Of a stretch of 10,838 nt of DNA, positions 6,458-10,838 are shown in pieces. Under the pieces are notes generated by a model, which was not told where the DNA came from, made no database searches, and was given only the letters and a program-made list of their open reading frames with translations. Position 1 is the stretch's first letter. Every line of letters starts with the position of its first letter. The stretch comes from Candidatus Iainarchaeum sp. (GTDB taxonomy: Archaea > Iainarchaeota > Iainarchaeia > Iainarchaeales > CSSED10-239). The DNA lies in assembly GCA_028700115.1 (NCBI GenBank), contig JAQVTI010000018.1, forward strand, positions 1 to 10,838. The letters run 5' to 3'. The translations under genes and the position numbers were made by a program.

Positions 6458-8224
6458 ATGTGCGGAATAAATGGAATTACTTTTCGAGATGAAAAGATTA
6501 TTAAATTAATGAATAATACTCTTAAACATAGAGGGCCTGATGCGCTAGAATATAGGTTGTTTCCAAAATTGTCTCTTGGGCATGCAAGATTATCTATTAT
6601 TGATCTAACTTCAGCTGGAAATCAACCAATGATTAAATTTGGATACACGATTGTGTTTAATGGAGAAATCTATAATTATCTTGAACTTAAAGAAGAACTA
6701 ATTAAGAAAGGATATAAGTTTACTACTAAAACAGACACCGAAGTGATTTTAGCAGCCTATAATTTGTGGGGCAAAAATTGTTTGAACAAATTTAATGGAA
6801 TGTGGGCTTTTGCAATATACAATGATAAAGAAAAAGAATTATTTCTATCAAGAGATAGATTTGGAGTTAAACCACTATATTATTCTACAAATAACAAAAA
6901 TTTAGCATTCTCTTCAGAAATAAAACCATTATTAAAAATAGGCATTTCACGAAAACCAAATGAAAAAATAATTGCTTCTTATTTACAATATGGATTAATT
7001 GACTATAATAACGAAACCTTTTTTGAAAATATATATACTTTAGAACCAGGGCATTATGCAATTTGGAATTTTACAAATAAAAAGCTAACCATTAAACAAT
7101 ATTATGAACTTAAAAATAATAAAATTGAAATTTCAGAAACAAACGCAACAACTAAAATCAAAGAAATATTAGAAGATTCTATTAAATTAAGATTTAGAAG
7201 CGATGTTGAAGTTGGCTGTTGTTTATCTGGAGGATTAGATTCATCTACAATTGTTGGAGTTTCTGATAAATTATTTCATAATTCTAAACTTAAAACCTTT
7301 TCTGCAGTTTTTCCTGGATCTAAAATAAACGAAGAAAGATATATAGATTTAGTAACTAAAGAAAAAAAAGTGAAGAACTTTAAAACTAAACCTAAAAATA
7401 CAGATTTATTAAAAGATATCGATGACTTAATTTATTGCCAAGAAGAACCATTTGGTTCAACAAGTATATATGCACAATACAGGGTAATGAAATTAGTTAA
7501 GGAAACTGGAGTTAAAGTTCTATTAGATGGGCAAGGAGCCGATGAATTGTTTATTGGATATCACTCTTATTTTAATAGTTATATTCAACAACTACTAAAA
7601 GATAAGAAATATGCCGAAATTGTAACAAGTACTCTATTTTGGAAATATCTTTTGTTTTATTTAAAATCTAATCCCAGAAAGATTTTTAATAAAATAATCA
7701 AATATAAGAAAAGCAAAATATATAATTTAGATTATCCAAAAATAGAAATGCCTAAATATATTGACGATTATGCGTTATTAGCTATGAAAACAAGCTTACG
7801 ATCTTTACTTAAGTGGGAAGATAAAGACTCTATGAGTTTTTCTATTGAGTCTAGAGTTCCATTTTTAGATTATAGACTAGTAGAATCTGCTTTTAGTTTA
7901 CCTTATTCTTATAAAATTAAAAATTTCCAAACCAAATATATTTTTAGAAAAGCAATAAATGAGTATATTCCTGAAGAAATTATAGATCGAAAAGACAAGA
8001 TCGGATTTGCAACGCCAGAAAATGATTGGTTTAAAAGTAAAGAATTTACTGACTTTATAGAAAAGATTATTGAAAGTAAATCATTTAAGGATCGAAAATA
8101 TTGGAACTATATTGAAGTAAGAAAAATGGTTGACCAGAAAAATAAAGACTACTATAGAAATATTTGGAAGATAATTAATACTGAGTTGTGGTTAAGAACA
8201 TTTATTGACCCTTTAACTTTTTAA
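6458..8224 (+). CDS. asnB: Asparagine synthase (glutamine-hydrolysing) family amidotransferase, AsnB-like paralogue in a glycan locus
   Basis: 588-aa ORF with N-terminal 'MCGI' (Cys2 Ntn nucleophile), then 'LGHARLSIIDL', 'FNGEIYNY', 'TDTEVIL' and 'RDRFGVKPLYY' of the class II glutaminase domain. PP-loop 'SGGLDSS' is encoded at 7226-7246 in frame. Starts 7 nt after the methyltransferase stop. Confidence 0.9.
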   Translation: MCGINGITFRDEKIIKLMNNTLKHRGPDALEYRLFPKLSLGHARLSIIDLTSAGNQPMIKFGYTIVFNGEIYNYLELKEELIKKGYKFTTKTDTEVILAAYNLWGKNCLNKFNGMWAFAIYNDKEKELFLSRDRFGVKPLYYSTNNKNLAFSSEIKPLLKIGISRKPNEKIIASYLQYGLIDYNNETFFENIYTLEPGHYAIWNFTNKKLTIKQYYELKNNKIEISETNATTKIKEILEDSIKLRFRSDVEVGCCLSGGLDSSTIVGVSDKLFHNSKLKTFSAVFPGSKINEERYIDLVTKEKKVKNFKTKPKNTDLLKDIDDLIYCQEEPFGSTSIYAQYRVMKLVKETGVKVLLDGQGADELFIGYHSYFNSYIQQLLKDKKYAEIVTSTLFWKYLLFYLKSNPRKIFNKIIKYKKSKIYNLDYPKIEMPKYIDDYALLAMKTSLRSLLKWEDKDSMSFSIESRVPFLDYRLVESAFSLPYSYKIKNFQTKYIFRKAINEYIPEEIIDRKDKIGFATPENDWFKSKEFTDFIEKIIESKSFKDRKYWNYIEVRKMVDQKNKDYYRNIWKIINTELWLRTFIDPLTF

Positions 8225-8668
8225 TATAAATTTTAATACTTCTTTACCTATAGTTGATTTGGTTGAACTGTATTTTTTTAATTTAAAATCTTTTTTGATT
8301 AGGTCATTTAATTCAGTAAGCTTATTTCCATTTAAAAAAAGAAGACAACCTTCTTTTGCAAAATTTTCTGCAATTTCGTGATTATCTACTGCTTTAGGAT
8401 TGGATATACAGATTATCTTTTTATTTTTATTTAATAATTCTAAAAGTGTTCCTGCTCCTGTGTGAGTTATTATAATGTCTGCCCAAGAGTAGTCTTTAGC
8501 TAAACTTTTCTTAAATTTATAATGTTTTGTGTGCTTAGGGTTGTAATTGCCTACTCCTGTTTGACAAACAACATCATATTTTTGGTCTTTATTTATCTTA
8601 TCTATTTCTTTTATCAAAGAATCAAATTCTAATACTGATCCGGTGGTTACAAAGATTTTAGTTTTCAT
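8213..8668 (-). CDS. Alg13-like glycosyltransferase subunit (Glyco_tran_28_C; PssE/Cps14G-like catalytic half)
   Basis: 151-aa ORF, ATG at 8668-8666. 'KIFVTTGSVLEFDSLI' and 'ADIIITHTGAGTLLELL' match the Alg13/MurG C-terminal-half motifs (xFVTxGx..FDxL; ADLxISHAGAGS). There is an ATGA overlap with the upstream Alg14-like gene. Confidence 0.75.
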   Translation of the reverse strand: MKTKIFVTTGSVLEFDSLIKEIDKINKDQKYDVVCQTGVGNYNPKHTKHYKFKKSLAKDYSWADIIITHTGAGTLLELLNKNKKIICISNPKAVDNHEIAENFAKEGCLLFLNGNKLTELNDLIKKDFKLKKYSSTKSTIGKEVLKFILKS

Positions 8669-9150
8669 TTTAATCTCCCACAGTATTTTGCTTTTGGATA
8701 ATTCTTTAAATTATCTTTCCATTGAACGAAAAACAAATTTGCAATAGGATAAATCAATTTGCCAGATATTGATTTCTTTGTAACTCTTGACCAACTTTCA
8801 ATAAATATTATCTTTTTATTTAATAGTTTTCCAGCATAACTAAATGGAATTGCAATTCCAGGGCCTGCAGAAATAACTACGTCAATTTTGTGTTTTTTAA
8901 TTATTTCTAATGCTTTAAAAAATAATTTAGTAGTTTTAATCAAATATTTAATTTTTGAATCTTTAATTTCCCTTGGGCGATTAACATAGATTATTTTTCC
9001 AGGGAATATTATCTTGTTTTTAGATAGTTTATCGTTCTTTTGAATCACATATATATACTTTATTTTGTCTTTCAATTCTTTGGATAACTCTATCATTTGA
9101 GCAGTATGGCCGCCAGAACCCAAAATAAATAAAACATTTTGTTTATTCAT
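8665..9150 (-). CDS. Alg14-like glycosyltransferase subunit (PssD/Cps14F-like)
   Basis: 161-aa ORF, ATG at 9150-9148, TGA stop at 8667-8665. 'VLFILGSGGHTAQM' matches the Alg14 GSGGHT motif. 'IIFIESWSRVTKKSISGKLIYPIANLFFVQW' matches the Alg14 'ESxxRV...S.xGkl.yp.ad.f.vQW' block. Confidence 0.75.
   Translation of the reverse strand: MNKQNVLFILGSGGHTAQMIELSKELKDKIKYIYVIQKNDKLSKNKIIFPGKIIYVNRPREIKDSKIKYLIKTTKLFFKALEIIKKHKIDVVISAGPGIAIPFSYAGKLLNKKIIFIESWSRVTKKSISGKLIYPIANLFFVQWKDNLKNYPKAKYCGRLK
8675..8678 (-). promoter_or_regulatory. Shine-Dalgarno GGAG for the Alg13-like gene
   Basis: + strand CTCC at 8675-8678 reads GGAG on the - strand (context TGGGAGATTAAAATG), with a 6-nt spacer to ATG 8668. 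Confidence 0.55.
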
Positions 9151-10588
9151 TTTTTAACATTTCCTTTATTTGTTTTATAGTTATTGCTTTTGTTAAAAAT
9201 AGTGTGGCTATATAAATTAATCCGCCAACAGCAATTGTTATTAATACATCGAAGTTATTGTGAAGTATTCCTTTTGGGAAAAAGGATGTGAAAATAATTA
9301 TTCCAAGTAACATCAAAGCGCTAGCTAAGATGGGCTTAAAGGTTTGAGAGAGATAATTAATCTTTATAATGGCTCTAATCTTTATGTAACTACCGATAAA
9401 TATTACAATTTCAGAAATTATTGTTGTGATCGCAGCACCAACTATTCCAAGCCAAGGGATAAAGATTAAGTTTAATAAGCTGTTTGTAGCTGCCGATAAC
9501 CCTAAAAGCTTTAATGAATATTTTTCTAGATTGTTTGTAATTAATAAATAATAATTTACAACTCCTATTGCGTTTAATAGAAAGAAAAACATTATCAATT
9601 GAAAAGCAAATGTTCCACCAAGGTATTGACTACCAAAGACTAAAGAAATTATCTTTGGAGCAAGATAGATTCCGCCAATTGTTGCTGGGATTATAAAAAG
9701 ATAAAGTAGATACAAATATTTTTTAACAATTGATTCTAACTTTGGTTTGTTATTTGAAAAATTAGAAAGAACCGGGAAAAAAGTTGTATTTATTATCGCA
9801 AGAATACTTAGTAAGAAGCCTATAAAAGTATAACTTATTGAATATAGTCCTGTTGCATAGTTTCCTTTAAAATAGGTTAGAAAGACTCTGTCAATATTAA
9901 AATAAATCATCCAGAAGATGCTTGTTAGAATAAAAGGACTTGCAAGAATTACTTTCTCTTTAATGTATTTTTTATTAATATTTAATCTTTTTATTTTTAT
10001 AAATTTTTTAATAGCAAAAAAAGAAAACACAAACATAAAGAAACCAGAAACTGCACTTGCAACAATTACCCCAAATAATTTGTAGTTAAATATAATGACA
10101 ATTATCGCTCCAATAGTGTATGCTAATTTTTGAACTATATCTGACAGGGCTTGATATTTAATTTCTTGAAATCCGTTTAGAAAAGCAAGATTAAAATTAC
10201 CTAATAAAAAAAAACCTATTCCTATTGTATAAATCACTATTTGTTCTAATGTTGGAGGAGATTTAAGAAATAAAGCAAAGATAAAAACAATAAACACAAA
10301 AACAAAAGAAATTAATATTCTAAATAAAAACAGATTATTAAAATATTCGCTTGCTTTCTTTGTATTTTTGGAAATGTCTTTAATGATTAGGGTCTGTAAC
10401 CCTAAATCTCCAATTATTGAAAATAAACCAACAAAGGAGATTATGAAATTAAGCTGACCGTATCCTTCAACCCCTAAGTATCTGGGAATTAAAGTTATTG
10501 TAACGATTGATAGAAGATATATTATTATCTTTGAAATTGTTAACCATTTTATATTTTTTATAATAGTTTTCTTTTCGTGTTCTTCCAT
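9143..10588 (-). CDS. Wzx-type oligosaccharide flippase (polysaccharide transporter PST/MOP superfamily, Polysacc_synt)
   Basis: 481-aa ORF, ATG at 10588-10586. It is hydrophobic throughout, with about 12-14 predicted helices by eye. The N-terminal 'IKNIKWLTISKIIIYLLSIVTITLIPRYLGVEGYGQLNF' is typical of RfbX/Wzx family proteins. An 8-nt ATGAATAA overlap joins it to the downstream Alg14-like gene. Confidence 0.85.
   Translation of the reverse strand: MEEHEKKTIIKNIKWLTISKIIIYLLSIVTITLIPRYLGVEGYGQLNFIISFVGLFSIIGDLGLQTLIIKDISKNTKKASEYFNNLFLFRILISFVFVFIVFIFALFLKSPPTLEQIVIYTIGIGFFLLGNFNLAFLNGFQEIKYQALSDIVQKLAYTIGAIIVIIFNYKLFGVIVASAVSGFFMFVFSFFAIKKFIKIKRLNINKKYIKEKVILASPFILTSIFWMIYFNIDRVFLTYFKGNYATGLYSISYTFIGFLLSILAIINTTFFPVLSNFSNNKPKLESIVKKYLYLLYLFIIPATIGGIYLAPKIISLVFGSQYLGGTFAFQLIMFFFLLNAIGVVNYYLLITNNLEKYSLKLLGLSAATNSLLNLIFIPWLGIVGAAITTIISEIVIFIGSYIKIRAIIKINYLSQTFKPILASALMLLGIIIFTSFFPKGILHNNFDVLITIAVGGLIYIATLFLTKAITIKQIKEMLKNE
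9162..9166 (-). promoter_or_regulatory. Shine-Dalgarno-like AAGGA for the Alg14-like gene
   Basis: + strand TCCTT at 9162-9166 reads AAGGA on the - strand, with an 11-nt spacer to ATG 9150. It lies inside the 3' end of the flippase gene. Confidence 0.4.
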
Positions 10589-10665
10589 ATTTAGCTTTTT
10601 CTCTCTATTTTAATATAAATATATTTTACAAATATTTATTAAGTATTTGTATTTAAATTATATCT

Positions 10666-10838
10666 GTGAAGTTAAACTTAATTACTAAATTAATTAAAAA
10701 AATTCCAATTGTTAATAGATTTGATAAATTATTTTGGAGTTATCTTTTTATTTCAGTTATTGCTACAATCGTAGATGTTTTGTTTTTATTCTTACTTACT
10801 GATGTTGTTAAGATTAATTATCTTGTTTCTGGAACAAT
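10666..10838 (+). CDS. 5' end of a GtrA-like membrane protein (partial, runs off the window)
   Basis: Not in the supplied ORF track. The frame is open for 57 codons from GTG 10666 to the window end, which is notable in DNA this AT-rich, and an in-frame TAA sits at 10654-10656 just upstream. The translation 'KLNLITKLIKKIPIVNRFDKLFWSYLFISVIATIVDVLFLFLLTDVVKINYLVSGT' fits the GtrA N-terminal pattern (F..F..VG....vD......L.....ihYL.a). There is no in-frame ATG and no clear ribosome-binding site, so the exact start is uncertain. Confidence 0.45.
   Translation, partial: MKLNLITKLIKKIPIVNRFDKLFWSYLFISVIATIVDVLFLFLLTDVVKINYLVSGT

Noticed and set aside
1-10838. Alternative genetic code (UGA recoding, as in some candidate-phyla bacteria or mycoplasmas) or giant-virus origin, suggested by the extreme AT-richness and glycosylation content
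   Set aside because: All ten ORFs reach family-typical lengths under the standard code. TGA is used as a functional stop in two ATGA-coupled junctions (4397-4399 and 8665-8667), TAG at 132-134 and TAA elsewhere. Overlapping polycistronic genes with GGAG-type ribosome-binding sites and a Wzx flippase point to a cellular prokaryote rather than a eukaryotic virus.

Overview
Very AT-rich window, roughly 25-31% G+C by hand counts of sampled lines, and about 96% coding. It is a surface-glycan assembly locus (polysaccharide or protein/lipid glycosylation) from a low-GC prokaryote. I cannot tell bacterium from archaeon using sequence alone. Polycistronic ATGA/ATGAATAA overlaps and GGAG-type ribosome-binding sites argue for a prokaryote using the standard genetic code. 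There appear to be five transcription units. (1) On the + strand, the 3' end of an unidentified gene followed by an FkbM-family methyltransferase (1-992). (2) On the - strand, GT4 glycosyltransferase > second GT-B glycosyltransferase > membrane-anchored D-glucuronyl C5-epimerase-like protein > radical SAM/SPASM-like enzyme (5578 down to 1036). (3) On the + strand, class I SAM methyltransferase > AsnB-type glutamine amidotransferase (5761-8224). (4) On the - strand, Wzx/PST-type flippase > Alg14-like > Alg13-like split glycosyltransferase (10588 down to 8213). (5) On the + strand, the start of a GtrA-like membrane protein running off the right edge. I found no rRNA, tRNA, CRISPR array, transposase, integrase or recognisable defence genes. 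The most interesting content is an apparently uronic-acid-centred decoration module: a GLCE-like epimerase, a tightly linked radical SAM/SPASM enzyme with no peptide substrate nearby, an AsnB-like amidotransferase, and three SAM-using enzymes in total. It sits next to a split Alg14/Alg13 pair. Also notable are a perfect 17-bp tandem duplication abutting a start codon in the divergent promoter region and a 12-nt convergent gene overlap. All functional calls rest on motifs recognised by eye and need HMM/BLAST confirmation.
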